Below, in pieces: positions 52,030 through 64,000 of a stretch of 64,000 nt of DNA (position 1 is the stretch's first letter; each line of letters starts with the position of its first letter). The notes below the pieces were generated by a model. The model had not been told where the DNA came from. It searched no databases and saw nothing but the letters and a program-made list of their open reading frames with translations. The stretch spans positions 1-64,000 of the forward strand of contig NW_021834219.1 in the NCBI RefSeq assembly GCF_006345805.1. The letters run 5' to 3'. The translations under genes and the position numbers were made by a program. This DNA comes from Octopus sinensis. Its lineage: Eukaryota.

Positions 52030-53461
52030 ATATATATATTTATATTTATATATATATATATATCTGCATATTGTATATATATATATATATATACTAGCTG
52101 AAGGTGACCCGCTCTACGCGCGGGTAAGAGTGTGGGTGTTACTTTCTGTTGCTTCCTTTCAGCACGTAAAAAGCACCATCCGAACGTGGCCGATTGCAGC
52201 ACCGCCTTGACTTGCTTCTGTGCCGGTGGCACGTAAAAAGCACCAACCGATCGTTGCCACTGCGAGAACCCCTGGCACCAGTGCCGGCGGCACGAAAAAA
52301 GCACTCACTACACTCACAGAGTCGTTGGCGTTAGGAAGGTCATCCACCTGTAGAAACACTGCCAGATCAGACTGGAGCCTGGTGCAGCCTCCTGGCTTCC
52401 GAGACCCCGGTCACACTGCCGAACCCGTGCTAGCACGGAAAACGGACGTTAAACGATGATGATGATGATGATTCTCCGTATTTGTTTCTCTCTCACTTTC
52501 CCACTCTCTTACTTTTCCTTTTTCTCGGACTCTCCCTCGCTGTCTCTTACTCTCTATCTTTATCTATCTCTCTCCAACAGAAAATCTTGAGTAAGTTGAG
52601 AAATAAAATATTTAGAAAGATCAATCAGAAATATGAAGCAGTGGCAACGGAAAGGTCTGCTTCAAGGCAGACAGCAAAACGCTAACATTTAAAAGGGACA
52701 GACGAACTTGCGAGCTGAATAAAAATAATAAAATATTGGAAACCAAAGTTTGAAGGGATAGAATCTGAGGATAGTAGAGTCACCATGGCTGGCATTTGTT
52801 AACGACGGACAGCAACGTAGTGACAGTTTAACGGCTGGCGTAAAATTTGGAACTTGATGTAAAAGAAAATTCGTAAACACCAATTTTTGAAGCGATTCTT
52901 TCTCACGACAGTAGACTCACCATGGCAAGCATTCAAAACTTCTTTATCATGGACGGCAACACATTGACTATTAAAAGGCTGGCACAAATTTTTTGCTTGA
53001 TGTAACAGAGAATTCCTAAACAGCCGCTCCTTGAAATTTTAATCCCCTCCAGCCCCATTTAGACCCCTTTTCACATTTTGGTTAATATAACCCGATTTCA
53101 TTCGGGTCTCTGGGGCCACATTTTATAAGATGAGGAATTTTGTCCTGGAGGTGACGCCTTTCATTTGAGGAACAAAATAGTTGTCATGCAAACTTGTCAG
53201 CACCGTTAACATAGGTGTGCATATTTTGAGCTGAATCGACCGACTACGTAATGCACACATTATATATATATGTGTATATATATATGTGTGTGTGTGTGTG
53301 TGGTGTGTGGTGTGTGTGCACGCATTATATATACAAATGTATACAAATGAGATATATATCTGTATAAATTAAATTAGAGATAAAACCACTAATAGGCAAA
53401 TCAAACAGTGAAAAACCAAAAACAAAAACATAAAAAAAGAAAATATAACATAGAAAATATA

Positions 53462-54476
53462 TCTATATATATAAAACTGTAGTTGTGTGAGTGTGTGTCC
53501 CCTTCGATTTAGATTCCTAACTACTCCCACATTTTGCGATGCAGTTTAACCAAATTCGGGTATCTTATAGTCGTGATTCATATCGAGCCCGTCTGGGTAT
53601 TAGCGCGCGTCTACGCTGAGTCTACGATTTTAAAAATAATTTAACATCATTTTTTATTCCATTTTAATGCATATTTTTTCGTGTGTCGATGGCGGCGGAG
53701 TTGGCGTGCACGCTCACGCCTGCACCTGTGTTGCTTCTCCCCCTTCTTCCCTCCCTCGTGAAGCTGTGGGGAAGGGAGTGTAAGGAAATCAACGTCGTAA
53801 TGCGTTGTCAAGGAGACCAGCGTTCTTTTAGAACAACGACTTCATGGCTTGAAGTCGCCAAAACAGAAATCGCTAAAAAAGCTGAAACGGATCCACAAAA
53901 ACGGCAAAAACCGCCACACAGGGCAGGTTTCCTGTGCAAACAATTTGCACAACCGAATGTTTTAGTTGTTGCACAAATTTTTATATATAAAAGTGAAGTT
54001 GTGTGTCTGTCTCCTACGATTTAGATTCCTAACTACTCCCACATTTTGCGGTGCAGTGTAACCAAAACCGGGTATCTTATAGTCGTGATTCATATCGAGC
54101 CCTTCTGGGTATTAGCGCGCGTCTACGATGAGTCTACGATTTAAAAAAAAAATTACCATCATTTTTTATTCCATTTTAATGCATTTTTCGCTATTATATA
54201 AGGAAAGTAACTCTCTAAAAATGTCTACGATGAGTCAACGATTAAAAAAAAATTACCATAATTTTTTATTCCATTTTAATGCATTTTTCGCTATTATATA
54301 AGGGAATTAACTCTCTAAAAATGTCTACGATGAGTCAACGATTTAAAAAAAAAATTTACTATAATTTTTTATTCCATTTTAATGCATTTTTTGCTATTTT
54401 TTTGCTATAACTCACTAAAAATGCTTATATAGTTATTTCCCTTACAAACCCGAGCAACGCCGGGCGATACTGCTAG
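53462..54476 (+). mobile_element. Composite non-autonomous Helitron
   Basis: A|TCTATATATATAAAA ... CCCGAGCAACGCCGGGCGATACTGCTAG|T. Second 5' end at ~53978; three ~100 bp internal tandem units. Confidence 0.85.
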
Positions 54477-55179
54477 TAAAATATAAAATTGAAAACTTTA
54501 AATTATTTAAATTGAAAATAAAAATTATTAAATTATATTTATAATTTGTTTAAAAATATATATAACTATGAAAAAGTTTAATATACATAAATACAGATAT
54601 ATACACTTTGTATATATACATTATATATACATATTTATATATAGAACACACACACATACATTATATATAAATATTTATATATAGAACACACACACACACA
54701 CACACACACATAAATGAACGCAAGAATATCTGATTCATAATATTTGTTCTCATGCTCGTGTGTGTTTGTTGGTGACAGACATATACTTAAAAGAACGCCG
54801 CCGAAGTGATAGGAAGGTAGGAAACAGAGTCAGTGAAAAAAAGAAGGAAATAGCGATAGTGACAGATACTTTAAATAACCGTAGTGGACTTCTGAAAGTT
54901 ATGAAGAGGAGTGACAGAGTACTGGAGGAAATAGGGTGAGGTAGGAAGATGGCCCCTAGCAACCACACAGTTTAAGATAGAGATTTCTAAGGTAGCCCAC
55001 GCGCATCGTCACCTCATTCTACATGTCCCTGTAAATTTTGGAGCGAATCGGACGGGATGTAGTGGCATTGAAAGCCATCCAAGCGGTAAAAACGCATTTC
55101 AGTTTTATATATAGAGATATATATATAAATACATATATATATGTATATATACATACATATATATAGATAAAATACACGC

Positions 55180-55223
<44 letters not shown>

Positions 55224-55263
55224 CAACACACACACATATATATATAATATATATATATATATA

Positions 55264-55360
55264 TAATTTATTTTATAGAAGGAGCTTCTACAGGACTAGA
55301 ACTGTTTCATTCAAATGAAACAGTTCTAGTCCTGTAGAAGCTCCTTCTATAAAATAAATT
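55264..55360. repeat. Perfect palindrome, ~46 bp arms
   Basis: TAATTTATTTTATAGAAGGAGCTTCTACAGGACTAGAACTGTTTCATT-CA-AATGAAACAGTTCTAGTCCTGTAGAAGCTCCTTCTATAAAATAAATTA. Confidence 0.95.
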
Positions 55361-55424
55361 AATTTACTCTGCTATGTATTGAGTACCTTATTTACTGTGG
55401 TTAACCCCGACTCAACCCGGGACC

Positions 55425-55472
<48 letters not shown>

Positions 55473-55526
55473 TATATAATATATATAAACATACATAATA
55501 GATCATAATAGATAGATAGATAGATA

Positions 55527-55991
55527 GTCAAGAGGGTGGCTGCTGGAAGACCGTATGTCTGGCAACAGGACTCTGCACCATGCCACAGAAACAAGAGAAA
55601 CCACTCATGGTTGTCAGGCAATTACTGCAACCACAACCACCCCTAACATTTGACAGCCTAACTCCCCAGAATGCAACCCCCTTGATTATTATGTGTGGAT
55701 CGCAGTTGAGCGAGAAACCATCAAAACGCCTTGTAACACCGAAGATGAACTGAAGGGAAGGATTATGGTAGCATTCACCAACTTAGAGAGGGAGACCACC
55801 CAGAAGAATTGTAAGAGATTCTGAAGATGCCTTGAGGCCATGATTGAAGCCAATGGGCGATTTTATTGAATAAATTTACTTTAGTATTTCAAGATATTTT
55901 TATGTAATTGTGGGAAATATATCAGTTACAATGAGATGTTAGTGTTATTTCAATGTTTGCGTGTAACGTATACGACAAGATATTCTTTGTA

Positions 55992-55995
<4 letters not shown>
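55527..55995 (+). pseudogene. Tc1/mariner (maT, DD37D-like) transposase, 3' fragment
   Basis: GRPYVWQQDSAPCH...PNSPECNPLDYYVW..VERET...NTEDELK...CKRF*RCLEAMIEANG. Confidence 0.8.
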
Positions 55996-56049
<54 letters not shown>

Positions 56050-56221
56050 AATGTAGGATAACATTTTTTCGAAAAACAATTTTAACAATGGCTAGCATAT
56101 TAAAAAAATACCTTTAAAGGTTAAATTTATAAACAACTTATAAATAAACGAAAAAATTTCTAATGCAAAATATGCAGACATATTGTCCATAACCATATAA
56201 ATTTTCACAATACGCACGCTA

Positions 56222-56755
56222 CTCGAAAAAAGGTCGACAGAAATTTCTAAAAAATTCCATTATTACAATATCGGACTGATTTCAGAGTTAGTTCATAAGA
56301 ACCCTCCCTTCGTCAGTGATAAATATGGCAAAGAAATAAATGAGATACTTACTCATACCCATGGAAGAAGCAAACACTAAGTCATCAGTACAATTAAGTG
56401 CCCCAAATGCATCCAAAATAGAAATACTCCAGCCCATTCAAGATACGTGCGATTTGAAGTGAGGCTCCCACCGTGTGAGAGAGTCCGGAAGTGAACACTT
56501 AAATTTATATCTAATGTAGGACTATAAGTATGTGTGTCGAAGAAAGCCGACAGAAATTTCTAAAAATTCCGTTATTACCATATCGGACCCGATTTCAGAG
56601 TTAATTCATAAGAACCTTCTCTTCGTCAGTGATAAATGCGGCAAAGAAATAAGTGAAATACTTACCTATACCCACCCACGGCAGAAGCAAACACAAAGCC
56701 ATGACCACAACTAAGTACCTCAAATATATTCAAAATAGAAATTCTCCAGTCCAAA
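56222..56755 (-). repeat. Tandem dimer (313 bp period), each unit carrying an HHR-like motif
   Basis: Units at ~56223-56455 and ~56537-56752. CTGACGA cores on the minus strand at 56310-56316 and 56623-56629. Confidence 0.8.
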
Positions 56756-57019
56756 GTGTCTAGTTTCGGCATATTTGGCACTAGAAATTATAAATATATA
56801 TATATAGGGGGAGAATTCCGAATAAACAAAAGACGAAGAAAACAAACAGATGTATTAGTATAACGCTCGGAAATTGAAAAAGTCTTTAACGTTTCGAGGC
56901 TACGCTCTTCCACAGAAAGGAACACAGAAAAAAACAAGGAGAGAAAAAAATTGTGTTTAGATGCTACCGATGTATTTATCTCTCACCACATGGAGTACTC
57001 ATTTTGTTTTATTTTCTGT

Positions 57020-57678
57020 CACGGATCAGTACATTATACGTGATGGCTGCCCCCTCGTTATCGAGTATGGCCATTGCACGAAGCTCAACTGTTACTGGTG
57101 CTGTGATCGAATGTGACTTTTATTTACTTTTTAAGGTTACAGCCAGCCATTCAGTTGAGACTCACAGCACCATCAACAATCATGAACAATGTTGTTATCG
57201 TACAATGCCCGTGAAAGAAGATTTTTTTTTAAAGTGAGGAAAGGCTGTGCACTGAGTCAATCCCACTCACTAAGCAACAGCAGCCATAATCCGAAAAGAA
57301 GGACAAGTCGACATCATCGGTAACCACTGGGCCGCAGGTTTTATGTCGGAGTTATCCCAGTTACCTGAGTTACCTTCTCCTTGAAGGATGCCCTAACAAA
57401 GTCTAGGAGTCCTTCACTACCAATGGTTTAACTGCGCGATCGGGTATTTAGTCCGATTATTTCTATGCCCCCGCGCATGATATATCCTTAAGATGACCGT
57501 TGACTTTCAAGAGTTCCTCCGCCCTTTGACGGGTTTTGTTTTCCATCCCGCAGGGTGTCCAATAAACACCCTCCTCACCAAGCAAGCTTGGTGGGGTTGC
57601 CGGTTTAGTCGCCGATGGCCCGACCATGCAACAGGTTGTACTGGGTTACATGTTAACAGTAGCACTCGAAAGTGACCT
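57020..57678 (-). mobile_element. RTE-like LINE, 5' UTR and start of AP endonuclease
   Basis: GC-richer UTR-like segment (GGCGACTAAACCGGCAACCCC) leads on the minus strand to ITYNVL, resembling the APE start motif TYNV. Confidence 0.5.
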
Positions 57679-57710
57679 CACACAAACACATACATACATA
57701 CATACATACA

Positions 57711-57746
<36 letters not shown>

Positions 57747-57756
57747 TATATGTATG

Positions 57757-57803
57757 TTAGGGTTAGGGTTAGGGTTAGGGTTAGGGTTAGGTTAGGGTTA
57801 GGG
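57757..57803 (+). repeat. Interstitial telomeric repeat (TTAGGG) x ~8
   Basis: Direct reading; one unit is the variant TTAGG. Confidence 0.9.
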
Positions 57804-57950
57804 TATTTAGTCCGATTATTTCTATGTCCCCGCGCATGATATATCCTTAAGATGACCGTTGTATGTATGTATGTATGTATGTATGTATGTAGTATGTATG
57901 TATGTACGTATGTATGTATGTATGTATATATATATATATATATATGTATG

Positions 57951-57984
<34 letters not shown>

Positions 57985-58089
57985 ATATATATATTTATAT
58001 ATTTATATATATGTGTATGTAAGCATATGTATGTATCTATGTATAATGTACTGATCCGTGATAGAAAATTAAACAAAAAGAGTACTCCA

Positions 58090-59400
58090 TCTGGTGAGAG
58101 ATAAATATTACTTATTTAAAGGTCGTAATGTATGTATTAAAGCGCTACTAATAGTTTTATATGTTGAGGAAACTGAAATATATTCTTCAGGCGCAAACAA
58201 CATATCATAACGAAGTAAAGAAATTGAGGAAATAATAGAGGAAACATGAAAGAATTGAGAAGGCAGCATATAGAAAATGCAGGCAGTAAACAACGGATAA
58301 ACGAAAAATAAAAACTAAACTGTAAAAAATATAAAGTAAAAATGTAATAGAGCTATCCTCCTTAGATCTTAAATGATAAGGCTGGAAAGATAACTAGGCA
58401 TTCAGGAATAGGCGGAATTTTCCAATTCTCACAAAATATATTTATATATATGCATGCAACGACTGAAAATTTCTGACCTGGAGTTCAATAGAGAATGAGG
58501 GATTTTATCTCTGAACAGGATCTACGCTCTTTCAGCCCAACAAAGTCCACATTTATTTCATCCATTCACATTTGGTATGGATTTCTCAATTACTTTCCAT
58601 TGGTGTTTCGTTATCTTTCAAAGTCCATACGTGGATAACCAACTTAGTAGCTTTACTTTTGTCCCTGTTTCGGAAAGAGGTTATGCGATTGGCATAGCGA
58701 TTTTTAAATTCTCCTTCACATAATTCAAAATAGGTATTTTTATCAATTGCATTTAGGGTTGCCTCATACATGATAGATTTAGTCATACATTGTTATTCAA
58801 GGGGACAGGATCCTGGGTCGCGACAGTTGCAACTGTAATTCAGGCTCTTAATATTGACCACATGAAATGATACTCTTCGTATTGGGGCAGTATATATATG
58901 ATAATTTCACAGATCACCTATTAAATATTTTCCACTATCTGTGAGTGGCTGGAAAGTGTTTGTCTTTGAGAGACATGATCTTTTACCTATGTTAGTTTTT
59001 ATATTAAGCAAAAATTAAGAGGCGAACCAAATAATTTTCGTTCACCTATTTTTAGGTTTTGTACTACTTTATATTTGATGCTATTAGATCTATTATTAAT
59101 ATTTTGATTAATATTAGAGAGATCATATATTAAATTATATTTTCAGCCACTAGTGGCTAGAGCCTTGTTATAATAGGGGGTAATTTTGTCGAAAACTTCT
59201 TTGGAAGAAGAGAGGTTAAACGCTCTGTTACTAATATTTGCTATCAGGATTCTAAATATTACAGGAGGGTGACAAGACTGTTTCTGTATACATGCGAGTT
59301 TCCAATTAGGCTTATGGTAATGTTTAAATCTAGGGCAGCAGCTAAACAATCAACTATAGAAAGATTAGTTGCTACTGTAATTTTAAGTCCTAATTGATTA
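58090..59400 (-). mobile_element. Decayed PLE of a third type (CNC..CP linker plus GIY-YIG-like endonuclease)
   Basis: QSCHPPVIFRILIANISNRAFNLSSSKEVFDKITPYYNKALATSG, KIIWF, CNCRDPGSCPLNN, IMYEATL...YFELCEGEFKNRY..SF..TKL..HVWTLK. HHR-like motif downstream at 58142-58194. Confidence 0.75.
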
Positions 59401-59690
59401 AAGCTAGAAAGGATACAGATGACCCGTTAGCAATTGAAACCTAAAGGCGACGACTCACGACTCAAAATGTCACGAAAAGCATTAACTCAATAATTTGACG
59501 AAAGAGAGGAAGCGAGAAAGCTCCTTACCTTAGTGAGACAAACTCACGCAAAACGTAGCAGATATATCCATTTCACGCGATTTCGAACTTTGAATCATTG
59601 TCGCATAACTCGCCTCGTCAAATCATGAGTAAAACCGTTCAAGGCGTGCGCTAATTTGAAACGGTAAAGGTGTATAGTATAAATAATACA

Positions 59691-59921
59691 TATTTCTTTA
59701 CTGCGCACAAGGGGCTAAACGCAGAAGGGACAAACAAGGACAAAGGGATTAAGTTGATTATATCGACCTCAGTGCGTAACTGGTACTTATATAATCCACC
59801 CCGAAAGGATGAAAGGCAAAGTCGACTTCGGCGGAATTTGAACTCAGAACGTAAAGACAGACGAAATACCGCTAAGCATTTCGCCCGGTGTACTAACGTT
59901 TTTGCCTGCTCGCCGACTTGC
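59691..59921 (-). mobile_element. SINE family C, full length with 17 bp TSD
   Basis: TSD ATAGTATAAATAATACA at 59674-59690 and 59922-59938. tRNA-like head (GAGTTCAAATTCC); core GTCGACTTTGCCTTTCATCCTTTCGGGGT; LINE-like tail. Confidence 0.9.
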
Positions 59922-60218
59922 ATAGTATAAATAATACAGGTGACCCGTCAGTAATTCCAGCCTAAAGGCGACTTTATAAGCAACAGTAAAAATTAGTACC
60001 AGCATTGCCTGAAACAAGTGTTAAAAACGACTCAAAATACCACTAAAAGCATTAACTTTTTGAGTCGTCTTTGACTCTTGTTTCTAGCAATGCTGGTACT
60101 ATTTTGTGCCCTTGTTTATAAATAAATGAATACATATATTCCTTAACAAAAAATAATAATAATAATAATCAACGAAACAAACGAACAAAATAAAATTTAA
60201 TAAAACATATCCACCAGA

Positions 60219-61500
60219 ATGGCTAGCCACCAAAAATCCAACAAAAACTGGTCTGATAATGAAGTCGACGTTCTTATCAGCACATGGCATTGCCTTACCC
60301 AAACAGAGAGCATAGGCGCTTCGTGTCTGAACGAAATTGCTAAACGAACAGTTCACCATTTGCAAACTCGATCTGAACAGCAGATACAAAATAAATTAAA
60401 ACAAATCGAAGTTGCTTTTAAATTAATAAATAAACACTTCGATAAACTGAGATGTGTTTTCTCTTCGAACGCATCACCGGCGCAACAACAGCAACCTGAA
60501 CAACAAACTCAGCGGCAACAACAACAACAACAGCTACAGCAACAACAACAACTTCAGCAGCATCAACAACAACCTCAACAACAACCTCAACAACAACCTC
60601 AGCGGCAACAACAACAGTCTGAACCACTCCTTGATTCATCTACAATGGCCGATTTGCTAAACGAAACGATTGACCCCCCCCCTAGTCATCAGGGTCACAC
60701 AACAGGAAGCACCACTCCTTCCTTTCAATGCCCCAGCAGCTCAATCATCATCACTGTCAACATCATCTCCTCTGATTACTACTACTACACCCACTATCGA
60801 TCCACAAACATCTTTGTCTACCGCTATCTCATGGAATCCACCTCCTCAATCACCCTCACTGTCAACATCTCTTCTGCCTACTACTACTACTACTACTACT
60901 ACTACTAATGCTATCTCAAGGAGTCTACCTCCTACAGATCACAAAGGTCGCCAAAACTTCAACAAACTATCATCTATACCTCTCACAACTCACACACGCA
61001 CCTACACACCCACTCGAAACCCCATCATTTGCCGATATTCTCTTCGCCATAGATTATGCACTGATAGAGACTGCAAATTCACCCATTTACCTGGAACAAA
61101 ACGCTCAATCCCCACAAACTACAACAGCCACCACCATAATACATACTCTATTACAACACCACCACAACCACCAATATCTCAAACAAGGAATCCTCAAATC
61201 TGCCGCTATTCCCAGCGAGACAGATTGTGTTTTCACAGGGATTGCCCCTTTACCCATCTCCCGGGGACTCGTCGGACAAATGATAAGATAAATAAAAATA
61301 AAAGCAAAAAAACCTACGACTCATATAGAAATAACCACTCATATAAAAATAACCACAACCACCGTCACCTACAGTTCCCTAGACAGGAAACTTCTTCCTC
61401 TTTTTTAGCTATAATGAATCTAGCAAAAGAACTGGAAAAAAACATCCGAGCCATCACCCACCACCATCCACCACTATCACCCCACTGCACATGCCATTAA
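60219..61500 (+). pseudogene. ORF1 of CR1-group LINE (frameshift near the C-run at ~60675)
   Basis: WSDNEVDVLISTW...RSEQQIQNKLKQI (Myb/SANT-like), polyQ, Ser/Thr-rich linker, and two C-x8-C-x4-C-x3-H motifs. Overlaps the ORF2 start by 10 nt. Confidence 0.7.
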
Positions 61501-64000
61501 AAAGCAAACAAATAAGCAAAACACCAAAACAATTAAAACAATCCACTCTCGCCTCAACATTTTTGCTTAACGCCAAAAGCATCAGCCCTACCACCAATAC
61601 TCAAAAATGGAAAATAAAATTCCTGGAGGACTGGGTTGATGCCCATCCAAACCACATCCCTTTCTTCGTCCTCACCGAAACCCATCTTAGTAACCTCCAC
61701 TTGGAAGCCGAGGTAAAAGTTAAAAACTTCAAAGCCATTCGTGCTGATCGTGCTGGCAGAAGAAAGGGTGGGACTGCCATTTATGTTCATGATTCTTTCT
61801 CAACAGAGGCTATGAACATATTTTCCAATGGATACTGCGAAGCAGTCGCTGTATTCAGTCAAACCAACAACTTAATAGTAATTGGGCTCTACAGACCACC
61901 CCAAACGCCCCTACCATGCTTCAAGGAATGCCTCAATAACATAAAGTGTTTCATTCAGCAGTATCAATCTGACAACATCTTAATGATGGGGGACTTCAAT
62001 CTCCCTGGAGTTGACTGGTCTACAAACAGTCTGCCGCCAGGTTCTTCTGTCTCAACCCCTGACAGGGAGGCAGTGGAATCGCTTCATGATTTCATGGATG
62101 TTTTCTTCCTGTCCCAACTGGTGCTCGAACCAACGAGATGTCACAAAAACGTCCTAGACTTAATTTTCAGCAATCACACTGACACTATGCACAATATTGC
62201 AGTGGAGAAAACTCTACTCTCTGATCATGACATGGTTCTCTGTGATCTGAGATTTCACCGGCCAAAATGCAAAACAAACGTCATCCCTCCTGTCCATCCA
62301 TTTGACACTATGGATTGCCACAACGCAAACTGGGACGCGATCATTAATGATCTTGCACAAGTCGTTTGGTCCTTCACGTACACATACACACCCACTAACA
62401 TCAAAAACATCGAAAAGTCCTGGCAGTCATTTGTAGGCACCATTACGAACATATGTGCAAAAGACACCCCATTAAGATCTGCAAACAAATCTAAGTGCAG
62501 AATCGCTGGAAATAGAAAAACTCTCATCAGGAAAATTAAAAGAATTAACAAAAAAAATCAACAAGCTGAAATACTGTCAACAGCAACACACCAACCTGAC
62601 TGCCATCACGTCACTAGAGATTAAAAAACATAACCTCCAAAACAACATGATGTTTATCATCAATAGTCAGAGAAGAGTTGAAGAGGCCTGGGCCATTGAG
62701 AAGATCAAACTTAATCCAAAAGTGTTCTTCTCATTTGCAAAAAAAACACAAAGTTACTGGCTCCACTGTTGGCCCTCTGATTGATGAAAATGGTACTCTT
62801 CAAGACAATGCCAAAACCATGGGAGAGATATTGCAGAAACAATATTGCTCTGTTTTCAGCAATCCTGATATGGCTGATCAGGGCTGTATCACTGATGTTA
62901 CTCCCCAATACACTTTATCGGACATAACCTTTGGCGCTCCTGATGTCTTAACAGCGATAAAGGAAATGAAGCATAATTCAGCAGTAGGTCCCGATAGATT
63001 CCCTGCTTGTGTCTTGAAGATGTGTCAACACCAACTTGCACCCCCTCTAGCCAATCTGTGGCGGACTCACTGGATGCTGGATATATACCAGAAAACCTTC
63101 TATCCCAGTCTGCTGTCCCAGTTTTCAAAGAAGGAAACAAATCCCTTGCCGTGAATTACTGTCCAATCTCACTCACCTCTCATATCATTAAGGTATTTGA
63201 GAGAGTGATGAGATCGCGTATGACTCACTTCCTTGAGAGTCATAATATGCTGAACTCCAACCAGCATGGATTCCGTAATGGAAGGGATTGCCTGACGCAG
63301 CTACTGCATCACTTCGATGACATTTTGAGAGCCTTGGGAGAGGGATCCAACTCTGATGTCATCTACCTTGATTTCAGCAAGGCCTTTGACAGGGTTGATC
63401 ATAAGATCCTTCTGAGAAAGCTGTCCAATATTGGTGTCACTGGAAAGCTGCTGCAGTGGATCAAGTGCTTCCTGTCTAACAGAACCCAACATGTTGTAGT
63501 CGAAGGAGTCAAATCCAGCCCAGCCAAAGTCAGTAGTGGTGTCCCACAAGGCACAGTGTTAGGCCCACTTATCTTCATCATCTACATTAATGACATCACT
63601 GACATCATCAAACACAGTAACATCCGAATCTTCGCTGATGATTCCAAGCTCCAGAAGGTTATCAATGGCGTGGATGACCGGGTAAACCTTCAGTCAGATC
63701 TACTGACTGTTGTCCAATGGGCGGAAAAGAGCAACATGTTGCTAAACGAAGAAAAATTCGAATTGATCTACTTTGGAAGGGAGAACTGTGGACTACAACA
63801 TAAACTGGGCTACACATATAAGCAGCAAAGTTGACATGGCCCGCAGAATGTGTTCCTGGATTCTCAGAACCTTCCAGTCGAGAGATTCCCACACCACTAT
63901 CCTTCTCTTCTCCAATTTTGCCCGACCTCACCTTGAATACTGCTGTCCACTGTGGTCTCCCTACACGAAACGGAATATTATGAAAGTTGAAGGTCCCCAA
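61491..64000 (+). pseudogene. ORF2 of CR1-group LINE: AP endonuclease plus reverse transcriptase, frameshifted, cut by the window edge
   Basis: LTETHL, GGTAIYV, LYRPP, MGDFN, LDLIFS, SDHD; YLDFSKAFDRVDH, GVPQGTVLGP, FADD. After a short deletion, another + frame reads WILRTF...RPHLEYCCPLWSP. Confidence 0.93.

Noticed and set aside
54121-54420. Regular ~100 bp repeats (also the 24 bp repeats at 20459) as a CRISPR-like array
   Set aside because: Contiguous tandem units without unique spacers, in a eukaryotic transposon context, with no cas genes.
63662-64000. Minus-strand 112 aa ORF suggesting an inversion at the LINE end
   Set aside because: A + frame continues the RT (WILRTF...RPHLEYCCPLWSP); the minus ORF is an antisense shadow.

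Overview
Repeat-saturated, AT-rich animal genomic DNA. It is very probably from an octopus/coleoid cephalopod, inferred from the abundant tRNA-derived SINEs with internal (TA)n/(CA)n tracts that resemble the octopus OK/OR-type SINEs. I can support no host protein-coding exon; most ORFs in the track are microsatellite read-throughs. Recognisable content: (1) a near full-length R4/Dong-type RLE LINE in (TAA)n tracts (~16.5-20.5 kb, -); (2) a CR1-group LINE running off the right edge (60.2 kb onward, +), whose ORF1 has a Myb/SANT-like start and two CCCH fingers; (3) fragments of L1/Tx1, RTE and CRE LINEs; (4) three GIY-YIG Penelope-like elements (PLEs); (5) Tc1/mariner remnants and MITEs, non-autonomous Helitrons and many SINEs. 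Two things stand out. First, two diverged ~1.7 kb ORF1-only (gag-like, CCHC) retroposons are nested one inside the other at 23.5-26.9 kb; each has its own TSD, and both share a 3' tail with an L1/Tx1 LINE and a SINE in the window. Second, more than a dozen minimal type I hammerhead-ribozyme (HHR)-like motifs from several unrelated PLE-derived or foldback mini-elements occur, including non-canonical cores (U3-A8 covariant; A6 replaced by U/C in four copies of one family). All boundaries were read by eye and are approximate. Clade calls and ribozyme activity are untested.
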